Shown here piece by piece: positions 11,590 to 25,109 of a stretch of DNA of 64,000 bases; positions within the stretch are counted from its first letter, which is position 1, and the number at the start of each line of letters is the position of its first letter. The stretch comes from Macrostomum lignano (taxonomy: Eukaryota): positions 186,001 to 250,000 of the forward strand of contig NIVC01000036.1 in assembly GCA_002269645.1 (NCBI GenBank). Direction: 5' to 3'. Both the position numbers and the translations under genes were made by a program. The notes beneath the pieces were generated by a model. The model was not told the DNA's origin. It saw only the letters and a program-made list of their open reading frames with translations, and did not search any database.

Positions 11590-13476
11590 TTAGTCAGTAA
11601 AATAGCCAGACGGGCAGTTATTTTTTAACATGCACGAAGTGTTACAAATTTAGCTCGCGACACTGCGACAGTGACGCAAATCAGCCGTAAGCAATTAGGC
11701 TGAGCTAGGAATTCCAGCTAGGGATTCTAGAAAGAAATGTGAGAGCAGGTACAGAGACAGGGGGAATATGACTCCAGTGGGAATATGATCAGGAACTGCA
11801 TGCAAACTGCAGCGAAGCGCATCAAAAAAACAGCGGAAAATAATTGTCGCATGGCGCGATGAAGTGTCGGATCTCAAACCGTGCAACAGCTTTTAACGAT
11901 ATGTTCGTCACTGACAAGCTACCTTGCTTTTATTGAGAGCGATGCAGATAGTCATAGCTTGGCTTTCAATTTCAGTCAAATGCACTGTCACTTACTACAT
12001 GTATCTGATCTACCCACTCTTTTTCGAAACACTTATTTTCGCACTGTCGCATTTCATTTAATTTTCATGATGCATTGCCTAAATTGTCTTTCATCCATTT
12101 TTATTGAAAAAATGAAATAATTTACGAGATTGAATGCGTTCGGACTTTTATAGATCAAATATTAATTAAGCCTACACAGTGATTCACACTGAAGTACATG
12201 TATAGAAGGATATAGCTGACCTTAATAGATCGCAGATCACAGTGGAGACCAATTAAGGCAATTAACAAATCCAGTCCGGTATCTGAGGTCCATACATGCA
12301 CTTGATCTCTACTTGCTCGTTTCCCGGTACGAGCTCCATGCATATCAAGGATTTAGGCTATACATGAACTTTTACGATATGCCTTAATCAGATACTGAGT
12401 GCCAGATCGTCACAACCAATTAATCGACAGTCCGCATTGAAACGACGTCACCTAATGACTATCTTTTTGATACTAATTGATCTTGCCTGTAGGGTACGGC
12501 AGTGTAATACATGTAAAGTAATTATAGAAAGCCGATATTGAGTCGTCTGGTTTGATTGCTCTCTGATTTTAACGTCAATTCCTGGAGGAATATCTGTCGA
12601 TCCCAGGTGCTTTCACATAACCTTTGACATAAAGACATGGATATCTGCTGCAAGACTCGGACATCGAAGACTCAAGGTGATGTACAAAGTGTGTCAATTT
12701 AGGAAGAAATTATCCTCTTCCTAAATAAGACTACGGAAGTTGAGTTGGTTTTGACCAAGAACTTTACGCACTGATGCAGATAATTGTCATAATGCACTCT
12801 GACTCGCACGAGAAAAGAGAAACTGATACTACAGGTGGAACAAATGTAATTGTCGTCAGTACCTCTAGACAAGCAAATCGGTAAAAACACGAAACATTCT
12901 AACTCTAATCAGTAACGTAGAAGTATGCCGATTACTACAGTAGTGGGCTTGATCAATTATCTATAAAAGACAATTATGCCTAAATGGTTATATCGTTTGA
13001 AAACACTCATCTAGTGTCCATTTAGTGTCTATCAAACGTTTCAAACAATCCAATTGTTTATTGCTACCATAAACTATAGTTGTATAGTGAGAACGAGTCA
13101 TATTGTAACGAGTCCAGTATATTTTATATCACTTAGCGCAGCTATACGCCTGTCAGACCTAGGCTAGGAATCCTTCTGTCTTATGATTACTAAGATGCGC
13201 AAACTGACGCTCTGATTACGTATTTATCACGTGTAATGGTTTTCGATATTCAGCTGAGATCTACATCCAAGGCTGCCACACGTTTACAGAAATATACTAC
13301 TATTAAGTTGCATGCTTAAATATGAGTCTCATTTCTTGGAAACGAAATCTACTTAAACAAAATATTAAAACATTATTCCATTACTCTTACAACAAATAGT
13401 TTTCCTTGCAATCAAATACTGCATTGACAAAAAATGTTATAATGTGTAGCGGTTCGGGGCGGTGCGGTGCGTGTTT

Positions 13477-16400
13477 TAGGGAGACCCTATTTTTAAATCT
13501 GAAATATATTCAAAAGCTAAAAAAACATTGGAATTTTAAAATATGAAATATTTTTAAATCTGATAATATTTGCATTCGCATTCGTTGGTCGTTGCAGACT
13601 GTTAGATTCAAAGAGATACCTCTAAAAATCAGATTTATACATCTAATACATCTAATGACAGTAATTTGACTCTGTTAAGTCTAACTTCTTTATACTTGAA
13701 GATATTAACGATACCATTTTTATGTACTACAAGCTTCAAGTACAAAGCACAAGCTAGCCGACTGAGCTGCATTTTTTAAACTAACTCTCTCACTTATTAA
13801 ATTAATTTCTGCAAGCATAACCATAGTTTTACAAAGTAAATATTTTTTAGTAAATGAGTGCATAACTGCTAAGAATGCTTGCACACTGAGTGTAGGTAAC
13901 TTCCTGGAGGTCATTTTAAATGAACTTTTTTTGTTCAAAAATATGTACATGTACATGTACATGTACATGTAAAATTTAAAATGGCCATAACTTTTGAATG
14001 GAAAGAGCGGCCACCCTAATTCTTTTTGCTACTTACTTCTAGGGACAAAATGAAACTTTTAGGCAAGACAAGATGAGTGTAACTCTTGCCGCAGTATGCT
14101 TAACAGAAATCGTCAAAATGCATGCAAATCCCCATAAAAGACATTAAAATCGGGAAATTTTCGAAGCTCAAAAGAATGGCCAGTTAGTTTCTTCGATAAA
14201 ATGATAGCAAAATAGGCCAAACTCTTTGTCCTAAAGGCACATCCTGATAACTTTTGCCGCACCAAAGTTATGAAGCATATTTGGCACAGCTGTACAGGCA
14301 AATACACTATGGAGATAGGAAAAATGTACATTGAGGGGCTGTATGCTTCACAAATTAGTCACACATGTAATTTTTTTCAAAAGAGGATAGATGGACTCAC
14401 GATATACTTCATCCTTTATGCACATCTCACCAATCCATTGTATAATTAACTATATCTAGTAAATATAGGGCATGGTTGAATGAAAATACGGAGAATGGGT
14501 ACAGTGAGAAGAGATGCACATATTAATATCTGCTGTGGTTCCTGCACCTATGGTATGATGTTCGTTGAGGTAAAATGTAATGAATAAATTATGTTAACAC
14601 ATTATTTGTTTCAGATGACTGCTATTATTGGTACATATGTATATTTCTATACATGGAAAGATGGAGGTCAAAAGGAAGGCTTCCACTGTGGAAATGCTGG
14701 AAATGGACCCTAGCAAAGCTATCCCAACAAGCCATCTCTGTCTGTTCAACTTGTCAATGCTAATTGACCTTTCTGATATGACTTTACAAATTGTATAACT
14801 TATTAATAATGAAGGAAGTTTAAAAAACAGTTACTGGTAGGGCAACCTACATGTACATACATTGTTTGTACAGTACATCTTAGAAGTTAAACTCAGAAGT
14901 ACAAAGGGCGTGCCTTCCCAGAGATTTTGCTTTTCTCACTTTCTCTATGGGTAGTACATTATTATGTACATATACATATACATGAAGTACATATACTGCA
15001 TGTACCTGTACTCTACATCCCCATTCAAAGCTTTCTGGATCCGCGCCTGGTAAAATTTAAGCCTACGGAACAGTATGTTACTCAATGTCTTCATCGTCTA
15101 GCACATGGTGGTCATTGTCTAAGTAGTCCTTGTACAGGTTGTAGGTAAAAACTTCATTTGGGCCAGTCTCATTGAAGGTGACCTCGAAGTTCCATGAAAG
15201 TACATCATGGCTGGCGCATGGCAGTCAACGCTGAACGTAGCCTTCCTCCCATTGCTCAGAACCATCAGCATAGCCAAATCGCATTTCAATGCGTCGACAC
15301 TCGAGGACTGGTAAGTTCTGAAGCGATGGTGCCTGCCTGGGTTGGGCCTCGGGCTCGGCATCCGACTCGCGCTCGGACTCGGAGGTCGAGTCGTGAGGCC
15401 GCTTGGTAGTTGGATGTATACCTGCACGCCCGCGACCACGCGCACGCCCACGCCCACGTCCCCGTCCTTCTCCATGTCCGCCTTCGCTGGTGCCCTGAGC
15501 CTGAGCTCCATTGCCTGCGCTGCCTCTGCCTCTACCTCGGCCACGACCACGCCTCGTCCCACGCCCACGCGATCCGGCAGCTACAGATGAGGCTGTTCGC
15601 GCAGGCTCCAGCTTTTTTGCGATTGCTGCCTTAACACGATCAGCACGCTCATTGGCAGATCGCATCGATACAGCCTGCGCGTCATCCTCCTTGGCTGTGG
15701 CAGCTATCTTTTCCCTCTGTAGATGGGCCAGAAATTCTTGCAGGTTGTCAGTGAGAAGCTGCACTGACCTTTTTGCGCCAGAATTGGTGAGGTTCAGGCA
15801 GCCTGCCATGTCATTGGGGATCGTTGGCTCTGTTTGGGGAGGGTGTTAGTAGGGAATGCGCATTCGATGATGACAATTAATCCTAAGAGTGGGGTATGCA
15901 TGAGCACAGGCAGTAATAAATATATATTACTCATTGCTTTGTGCAGTCGCAGTTGGGAGAGCACAGCTGGCTCATGCAGCCGCTCAGGCAGGTCCTGAAG
16001 CCTGTTCTGCATCTCGGAAACTGTGAGCCACAGGCCACCGTAGTCCTGCACCGCGTTGATCAGGTCGCGGAGCGAACTCTCCCTGGCGATCTTTCTGTGC
16101 TGATCCTGGGCGATTCGAGCCTGCTGCTGGTGCTGCTGTGCAGCTCGAACAGCCCTGGCATCCGCCTTGGCCTGCATCTCCACCTTCTTCGCGATGTGCC
16201 GTGCTCGCGACAGCATTGCGACAGCAACTACTTTTTAGCGACTCTTGTCACATTATCATTTTCAACAGGTTAAGATTGACATGAGCTACATAGATTTTTA
16301 GACACCATTGACATCTAGAGTGGTACTTTGGAAGACCCATTTTCATTAAAATAATGGTCGATCATTTGCATACTACTAACAGTAGGAAGATAAGAATCTT

Positions 16401-16883
16401 ACCAATTATAGTATACAAGTATTGCTTTGATATGACAATAATAAAAATAAGGTAAATGGTAAGTATACCATGACAAAGCCAAAGAATGGTACTCCTAAAA
16501 ATTTTTTTGCTTCATCTTTTTTGTCTTAATCCCTAGATATCTGCATTTATAGAATGGTATATATGTACAAAAATATTAGAAAATGCTATGGTAACAAAAA
16601 GCTACAAAATAACACCTAAAACACAAAAATCGGTAATGAAATAAAAAAGTTACAGACATTTTACTGCAAAAAACATGCTTTTTTGCCCAAAAATGGCACA
16701 GTTTTTAGTGTATTTGAGATAGGGAAAAAACAATATTTTTTGAAACAAAAAACTCCATAACTTTTTTATTACTTGATCAATTTTCAAAAGTTTGGTGTCA
16801 TTTCACTCATAACATCCAGGACTACAACATGGCATGATTAAAAATTTGGATTTCGAAAAAAAATTTTCTCACTGGACCCCCTA
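13477..16883. mobile_element. Probable non-autonomous DNA transposon carrying the 15078-16216 gene; boundaries tentative
   Basis: Imperfect inverted ends TAGGGAGACC / TAGGGGGTCC, long AT-rich subterminal regions, internal transposase-C-terminus-like coding sequence. No TSD found. Confidence 0.3.
15078..16216 (-). pseudogene. Two-exon gene (16216-15931, 15829-15078): transposase-like C-terminal module, RG-rich linker, Spindlin-type Tudor domain; one in-frame TGA at 15225-15227
   Basis: 101-nt GT-AG intron with CTAAC branch site joins both ORFs in phase 1 (LRLHKAM-K-PTIPND). Reading through the TGA continues in frame to TAA at 15078: CRRIEMRFGYADGSEQWEEGYVQR*LP...NFEVTFNETGPNEVFTYNLYKDYLDNDHHVL. 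Confidence 0.7.
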
Positions 16884-19152
16884 CTATCTTTTTGAAAAAT
16901 AAGTGATAATAGATTTATATTTTTGCATATCTTAGTTGATATTACTTTTATTTTTATAGCATAAAAAAAGAAAAATATATAAGAGGTGGGGAATACAATA
17001 AGAGATTGGGAATACAATCCTAAGATTCCAGGATCCCAAAATCCTAGGAACTAGGATTAGGCCTAAATCCTGGGATTCTAAATCCTAGGATCATAATTGT
17101 CTGGGATTAAAAAATCCAGGGATTGACCATTAGGTCCTAATCCTAGTTTGCAATAATTCAATAATTCATTCTCAAATAATAGTATTTACAATCGGGCTAT
17201 CATAACCTATCTTGGCTATCTGTATTGCTTTGATTTATTAATCCTTTAAGCATAAAGGCTAATAAGAAGGCTAGGGTTGCAGGAATACAAAACTAAAGCT
17301 ATTGGTAGATTATGAGATTTTAGGTGCAATGATATATATAGGCCTATGTAGCTATATATATGTTACTTGCAAACTAATGTAATTATTATTCAAAAACCTG
17401 TGAATAGAGCCTAAAGCAATAGAAGCCAATTCCTAATTGTTTCCTATCATAGCACTATAGCTTGCTAGATGAAGATCATCAAATCATTGTTCATTTGAAC
17501 TCTCCCTCTATTTCAAACCTAGATAAAGTCAGGGGGTCTCAAGTCTTGACCTTGCATAGATCAAAAGCCTCCTATGCAAAAGACCTCATTCTCAGCACTG
17601 TCAAGGCACCATTTAGATGCCTAGAATAGGGTTAGTGGCAGAACTACTCAAATAGCCCCTGCCCTACCTTCAAAACTCTAAGCTGTAGTTAAGATTAGAA
17701 CAGTAGGAGTTAGGACTTTGCTATCGGACTGCAACCAAAACTAGCAATTCTTTAATTAGGGCAGGAGGTGCAAGGTCTGATCCCTTTCTAACCTGATATT
17801 AGTACCTTGGGCCATGCATGTAGCTCTGTAAGTTTAAGCTATCATTCCCTAGGTTATATCACAATTTAGTCTGATTTTCCTAAGCTGATACTGGCATGTA
17901 AAAAAATCATGTCTATTATGCTAGCCTATATATCACACTCTAATTCAAAGCTCATTGTCAGTTTCTTGTTTGTAAAATATTTTATTCTATTGTACTTTTA
18001 TCATTAAAAGCCCTTTAAAATCATATTAGATAGCTTTGTAAACCAAAATTGCACCAACAAAAATGAGAAACCTTTTGATCCTGGCCAAATTTATTGCAAT
18101 CCTGGGTAGGCCTAGTGATGAACTAAATGTAGATTTTTGCAAGTTTCCAAAACCAAAACCAAATGTACAAAAAAATTCCAAATCCAAATCTGAACATCCA
18201 AGTGTGTTTCTGAATATAAAAGAGTAAAAGGTAAACAGCAGAAGTAACTTGATACCCTTCATTGTCAAAAAAGCCTTGTCATCTAATTAGTAATTGTATT
18301 AATGCTGTACATTAATTTACTGACAGGATTCAATCTATCTCGGGCTTTACTATATCTATCTAGTATCTGAATTGAATTGAACTTAGAATTGAACCTAATT
18401 CTTATATATCTAATCTAATTAATTCCAATTACTAATGCTAACTGACATTACATTTGTGCAATTTGATAACTTTACCATGTACATTGCATGTAAAGTCCAT
18501 TGCATTTGCATTTTTAAAAAAAGTAATGATTACACTTAAACAATCCTATATACTAAAAATGAGTTGTCTGTATGTATGTGGGTAGGTATGCGATAGATTT
18601 CAGAAAAAATGGCTCAACCGATTTTCTTCAAACTTGCACCATTCGATCAGAAATTTTCCTGGGACGGTACATGCATCTTGGCTAAGAAATTGCTCAATGA
18701 TAAAGGGATTAAATATTCGAAAAACATGCTTTTTTGCAAAGGTCAAGCAGCTCTTTCGACCTAAAATTCATTGTAAGAATGCTAGAGAAATAAACTGACT
18801 GGCTGAATTCTGATTGTCATAAAGATTGCATCATAACAAGTAGAAAACAGTGCCGAAAAAATGCACACACGACTTGATTTAAATTGCGTAACCAATATTG
18901 CTAACTAAAATTGAGACTGATACTGGCTGACTGAGAAATTGATTATGTCATAACTTTTTACCCCAATTGACTTGCTGTAAGAATTGAATTATAAGGGCCA
19001 CAATTCATGTTCTCCAATTGAAAAGAGATAGCCTATATACGAACAGACTGGACTGCCAACGTAGCGACCTGGGTTCGAATCTTAGTAGTGAAAAATAATT
19101 TTTTTATTAAAACACCTTGAAAACACGGAACTGCTAAACATAAAAAATCACA

Positions 19153-19990
19153 ATGTCAAACATAAAAGAGGCACCATGTCAAACATTACATGGGCACCAT
19201 GTAAAACATATACGTGACTCTATGTCAAACATTAAAGAGCCACCATGTAAAACATAAAAGAGTCACCATTTCGAACATTAAAGAGCCACCACGTCGAACA
19301 TTAAAGTGCCACCATGTCAAACGTAAAAGAGCCACCATTCCAAACATAAAAGAGCCACTATGTCGAACATTAAAGAGCCACCATTTCGAACATAAAAGAA
19401 TCACCATATCGAACATAAAACAGCCACAATGTAGAATATTAAAGAGCCACTATGTCGAACATTAAAAAGCCACCGTGTCAAACACTAAAGAGCCACTATT
19501 TCGAACATTAAAGAGCCACTATGTCAAACATAAAAGAGCCACCATGTCGAACATTAAAGAGCCACCATATTTAGAATATTAAAGAGCCACCATATCAAAC
19601 ATTAAAGAGCCACTATGTCAAACATAAAAGAGCCACCATGTCGAACATTAAAGAGCCACCATATTTAGAATATTAAAGAGCCACCATATCAAACATTAAA
19701 GAGCCACTATGTCAAACGTAAAAGTGATTTTATGTCAAACATATCAGTGACTTTATGTCAAACATATAAGTGTTTTTATGTCAAACATTAAAGAACCACC
19801 ATTTCGAACATTAAAGAGCCACCATTTCGAACATTAAAGAGCCACCATGTCAAACATTAAAGAGCCACCATGTCAAACATAAATGAGCCACCATGTCAAA
19901 CATAAAAGAGGCACCATGTTAACATAAAAGAGCCACCATGTCAAACATAAGAGAGCAACCATGTCAAGCATAAAATCTACACAATTTCAA
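19153..19990. repeat. 23-bp minisatellite (ATGTCAAACATAAAAGAGCCACC), block 1
   Basis: Direct reading. Confidence 0.95.
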
Positions 19991-20094
19991 ACGTAAAAGT
20001 ATTGCCAGCCAATGCCAATTTTAAGTCATGCCAATTTTAAAGGAGCCACTATAAAGCTAAGGAAATTTTCGCACTAGCTACTTATTGTCCGGTG

Positions 20095-20805
20095 GATGCT
20101 TGCTATTTGGGGATACTTGCTATCTGGGGGGGGGGGTGCTTGCTATCTGGGGGATGCTTGCTATCTGGGATGCTTGCTATCTGGGATGCTTGCTATCTGG
20201 GGGATGCTTGCTACCTGGTATCTGGGGGATGCTTGCTATCTGGGATGCTTGCTATCTGGGGGATGCTTGCTACCTGGTATCTGGGGGATGCTTGCTATCT
20301 GGGATGCTTGCTATCTGGGGGATGCTTGCTACCTGGTATCTGGGGGATGCTTGCTATCTGGGATGCTTGCTATCTGGGGGATGCTTGCTATCTAGGGGTG
20401 CTTGCTATCTGGGGGATGCTTGCTATCTGGGATGCTTGCTATCTGGGGGATGCTTGCTATCTGGGGGATGCTTGCTATCTGGGATGCTTGCTATCTGGAG
20501 GATGCTTGCTATCTGGGGGTGCTTGCTATCTGGGTGATGCTTGCTATCTGGGGGATGCTTGCTATCTGGGGAATGCTTGCTATCTGGGGGATGCTTGCTA
20601 TCTGGGGATGCTTGCTATCTGGGGGTACTTGCTATCTGGGGGATGCTTGTTATCTGGGGGATGCTTGCTATCTGGGGATGCTTGCTATCTGGGGGGTGCT
20701 TGTTATCTGGGGGATGCTTGCTATCTGGGGGGTGCTTGCTATCTGGGTGATGCTTGCTATCTGGGGGATGCTTTCTCTCTGGGTGATGCTTGCTGTCTTG
20801 GGATG
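20095..20805. repeat. 18-20-bp minisatellite (GGGATGCTTGCTATCTGG), block 1
   Basis: Direct reading. Confidence 0.95.
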
Positions 20806-20872
20806 ATTTCTTTTTGCATTGCACTTCATTTGAGCAGTTTGTCGGTTTTCTTTGTGAAGGTTTTTTTGTATG

Positions 20873-21726
20873 TCGAATATTAAACAGCCACCATGTCAAA
20901 CATAAAAGAGACACCATGACAAACATTAAAGAGCCACCATGTCAAACATTAAAGAGCCACCACGTCAAACATTAAAGAGCCACCATGTCGAACATAAAAA
21001 GAGCCACTATGTCAAACAAACACGTGACTCCATCTCAAACATTAAAGAGCCACTATTTCAAACATAAAAGAGCTACCATGTCAGACATAAAAGAGCTACC
21101 ATGTAAAATATACAAAAGCCTTCATGTCAAACATAAAACAGCCACATATACGTGACTTAATGTCAAACCTTAAGGAGCCACCATGTCGAACATTAAAGAG
21201 CCACCATGTCGAACATTAAAGAGCTACCATCTCAAACATAAAAGAGTCACCATGCCAAACATAAAAGAGCCACCATGTCAAACATAAAAGAGCCACCATT
21301 TTAAACATATACGTGACTCCATGTCAAACATTAAAGCGCCATCATGTCAAACATATATGTGACTGCATGTCAAACATAGAAGAGCCACCATGTCAAACAT
21401 AGAAGAGACACCATGTCAAACATAAAGAGCCACCATGTAAAATATAAAAGAGCTACTATGTAAAATATAAAAGGGCCATCATGTCAAACATTTACGTGAC
21501 TCAATGTCAAACATTAAAGAGCCACCATATCGAACATTAAAGAGCCACCATGTTAAACATAAAAGAGCCACCATGTCAAACATAGAAGAGACACCATGTC
21601 AAACATAGAAGAGACACCATGTCAAACATAAAGAGCCACCATGTAAAATATAAAAGAGCTACTATGTAAAATATAAAAGGGCCATCATGTCAAACATTTA
21701 CGTGACTCAATGTCAAACATTAAAGA
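20873..21726. repeat. 23-bp minisatellite, block 2 (left of the CACTA insertion), with 206-bp higher-order unit
   Basis: Nine-monomer unit starts at 21481 and 21687. Confidence 0.95.
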
Positions 21727-24286
21727 CCCTAGATGAAGTTCTGTTCACTCATTCTTGGCAGATCTGTTCTTGTTTAAATTTCTTAAAAGATCTGTGAATT
21801 TTGGTTAACACATTCTTAACAGATCTGTTCTTACTTAAATCTCTTAGCAGATCTGTATCTGCTTTTGTCATACAAGATCTTACAAATCTTTGCAAGCCAT
21901 TTTTTATTGTTTGGTAAGTAAAAAACATTCGTGATTTTTTAGAAAATACTTATTAGGTAAAGAGAAAACAAAATTTCCAACTGTATATCAGAAAAAAGAC
22001 TTTCATATATTTTCACATTTCTCTGCTGGATCTTGTCAGATCAGTTCTTGCAGATCTGTACAGACCAGTTTTGAAAAGTGTCTGAATTGTTTTTTTCCAC
22101 AAAATATTTAACATAATAGTAATTACGTTTTTTAATGATTTGTATTTATTTTAGTTGTTCTTTTGGCAGCCAACAGTAAATGAATTTGTTTAAATATTCT
22201 TTCCGCAGTTCTGAACATAGTGGACCCTTATAGTTTGAATTCTCGCTCTTGCAATTTATCCATCCATCTCAGTTCTTTCTTTTGACTTAGCCGAATATGT
22301 AATTTTTAATTCCTTAAATTGTTTCATAGTGTAGTATCACTATTTTTTAGCCATAATAACTGTTGATTGAGTATAGCTATGGCTTTAAATGAAGAGCAGA
22401 TCGCGTCATCAATTAAAAAAAAATTGACATAATTGACAGACTGACTATAATGTATGCTATATATCTATATCTATATATATATATATATCTAGGCTTGTCT
22501 CCTACTCCCAGGCCTATAAGTATAAATAGGCCTAGGCCTATGACTTTGTTCTATGCTTTAATAGAAACAGAATGCATGTCTAGACCTAGTGATGTTGCCC
22601 ATTAATAATTCATTAATCCATTAATAATTCAGAAATTCAGTTGCATACATAGAATAGGCCTATAGATCAGTATTTTTTGAAGTCTTTTGCATTTCATTAT
22701 ATTATATTTATATATACATACCTAGTTCTAGCCCCTAGGCTAGGGCTAGGCTAGTTCTATTGACCTAGCTAGTAAGTAAATCTTAATTAAATAGGTCTAC
22801 TCTGTTTTGTTTGTTTTATATATGCTTATCTAGATTTATAAATAGGTAGACTGACATATCTGTAAAACTTGGTTTTAATCCCTCCTTGATTTTAAACACT
22901 TAGGTTAAGAGTGTAATGTCTACTTTTAGTGAATAGTGTTATAACTAGGCTTATCATTTTAATTTTAAAATAAAATAGGCCCTACTCTACTAAAAATTGT
23001 AATTGCTATATAGGCCTAGGGTATAGTTTTTATGAATTAGAATTAAACCTGGATGCTTAAATATAGGCTTATGGTTGTTAGAAAGTTATCTTAAGCCTTG
23101 ACCTATTATTTGAAGAATATAGATAGGCATGGTAAAATCTAAAAGTATTTATATTAGATAGGCCTAGATGAATAATATGAATAATATAGAATAGAAGAAA
23201 AACATAGGTCTAAATTTAATTAGACCATAGAACTTTTACAAAAGTTATTACTCCGACTATTTAAAAACACAACAACAATATTTATTTTATATTTTAGTTA
23301 TTTTGAATTGAATATTAATGTTTATAATCCCAGAACTTTACTACAATTTTCCCTTTCATTGCAGCTACTTTACATGGTCAATATGGCATCGCTACTTATG
23401 GGTACCAAGCTTGTCTTTATACCAAGTGGCAAAGTAGCAAGCATCCTATGATTGCTAAAAGAAAAAATGAAGCCAGCCTAAAGTAAAAATGCAACATGAT
23501 AAAGAGCCCTAAAGTATTACTAAGAGCTCTTATAGACCTACTTTTATTGATAACAAAGTAAGCTTTCTAGCAATATTGACTTTAAAATCTTTCAGTACTG
23601 GACTCTTTCAGTTTCAATTATTTGCAAACCAATTTAATTGTACATTGTAGTAAAAGATGCACCTGGTTTTTTTCAAATGTTTCTGCTTCTATTTTTTAGT
23701 TGCTAAAAGTATTGCTCACCCTAATTTCATTAGTCCATTGTACCATTAGTATTTTTTCAATTGAATGTGTGCTTAACTTTTGTTTTGAAGTTGACTTATT
23801 TTTTGCTTGTGCTATTTCCCTTGTGCATACAAGTTTTATTTCATGAGCATATATGTGTATTTGTTTACATTTTCACAAATAAATATGTCTAATTTATTTT
23901 CATTGTTCAATGACATTTGCTTTTGTTCTGGCAGCTTACTAGCACAATACTAAAAGTGCAGAATCAAATAAGAAAGTCCTGTCATAACTCGTGTTCTTTA
24001 TTGGAATTAGATTAGTGCATTGGGGTTTTATAAATGGATTACTAAACAGATCTGGGAAGATTTGATAAGACGGACAATGCATTCAATTGGTAAAGCTTAA
24101 TACATCTTACAAGATCTGCCCAGATCTCCTAAGATCTGCTCGTGCAGACCGTGCAAGATCTTCCTGCAGATCTTGTAAGTTCTGCCTATATATTTAAATA
24201 GTGCAGATCTGTTACGTTCTTGCAAGAACGTAGCGAGAAGCTCCAGACAGATCTGCTAAGAAATGGCATGACGATTTCATCTAGGG
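21727..24286. mobile_element. Non-autonomous CACTA/EnSpm-type (CCC-terminus) DNA transposon, 2560 bp
   Basis: Perfect 11-bp TIR CCCTAGATGAA / TTCATCTAGGG; 2-bp TSD (GA) that restores the satellite ATTAAAGA-GCCACC on removal; repeated GCAGATCT subterminal motifs. Confidence 0.85.
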
Positions 24287-25075
24287 GAGCCACCATATCG
24301 AACATTAAAGAGCCACCATGTTAAACATAAAAGAGCCACCATGTCAAACATAGAAGAGACACCATGTCAAACATAGAAGAGACACCATGTCAAACATAAA
24401 GAGCCACCATGTAAAATATAAAAGAGCTACTATGTAAAATATAAAAGGGCCATCATGTCAAACATTTACGTGACTCAATGTCAAACATTAAAGAGCCACC
24501 ATATCGAACATTAAAGAGCCACCATGTTAAACATAAAAGAGCCACCATGTCAAACATAGAAGAGACACCATGTCAAACATAGAAGAGACACCATGTCAAA
24601 CATAAAGAGCCACCATGTAAAATATAAAAGAGCTACTATGTAAAATATAAAAGGGCCATCATGTCAAACATTTACGTGACTCAATGTCAAACATTAAAGA
24701 GCCACCATATCGAACATTAAAGAGCCACCATGCCAAACATAAAAGAGCCACCATGTCAAACATATACGTGACTCCATGTCAAACATTAAAGCGCCATCAT
24801 GTCAAACATATATGTGACTGCATGTCAAACATAAAAGAGCCACCATGTCAAACAACTAAGCTACCATGTCAAACAAAGAAGAGACACCATATCAAACATA
24901 GAAGAGCCACCATGTCAAACATAACAGAGACAACATTTCAAATGTAAAAGGGCCGCCATGGTAAACATAGAAGAGCCACTATGTCAACATTAAAGAGCCA
25001 CCTTTTTAAACATAAAAGAGACACCGTTTCAAACATAAAAGAAGTGTCATGCCAAACAAAATGGAGCCACTATAA
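24287..25075. repeat. 23-bp minisatellite, continuation of block 2
   Basis: Same 206-bp higher-order unit at 24455 and 24661. Confidence 0.95.
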
Positions 25076-25109
25076 ATCTAAGGAAATATCTGCACTAGCT
25101 ACTTTCTCT

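Noticed and set aside
15225-15227. TGA as selenocysteine
   Set aside because: The aligned position in spindlin is not Cys and no SECIS was recognised; CpG decay or leaky readthrough is more plausible.
23363-23485. Exon-like stretch inside the CACTA element, faintly like the P2X7-C-terminal-type domain of EnSpm accessory ORFs
   Set aside because: Too short and degenerate to support by eye.
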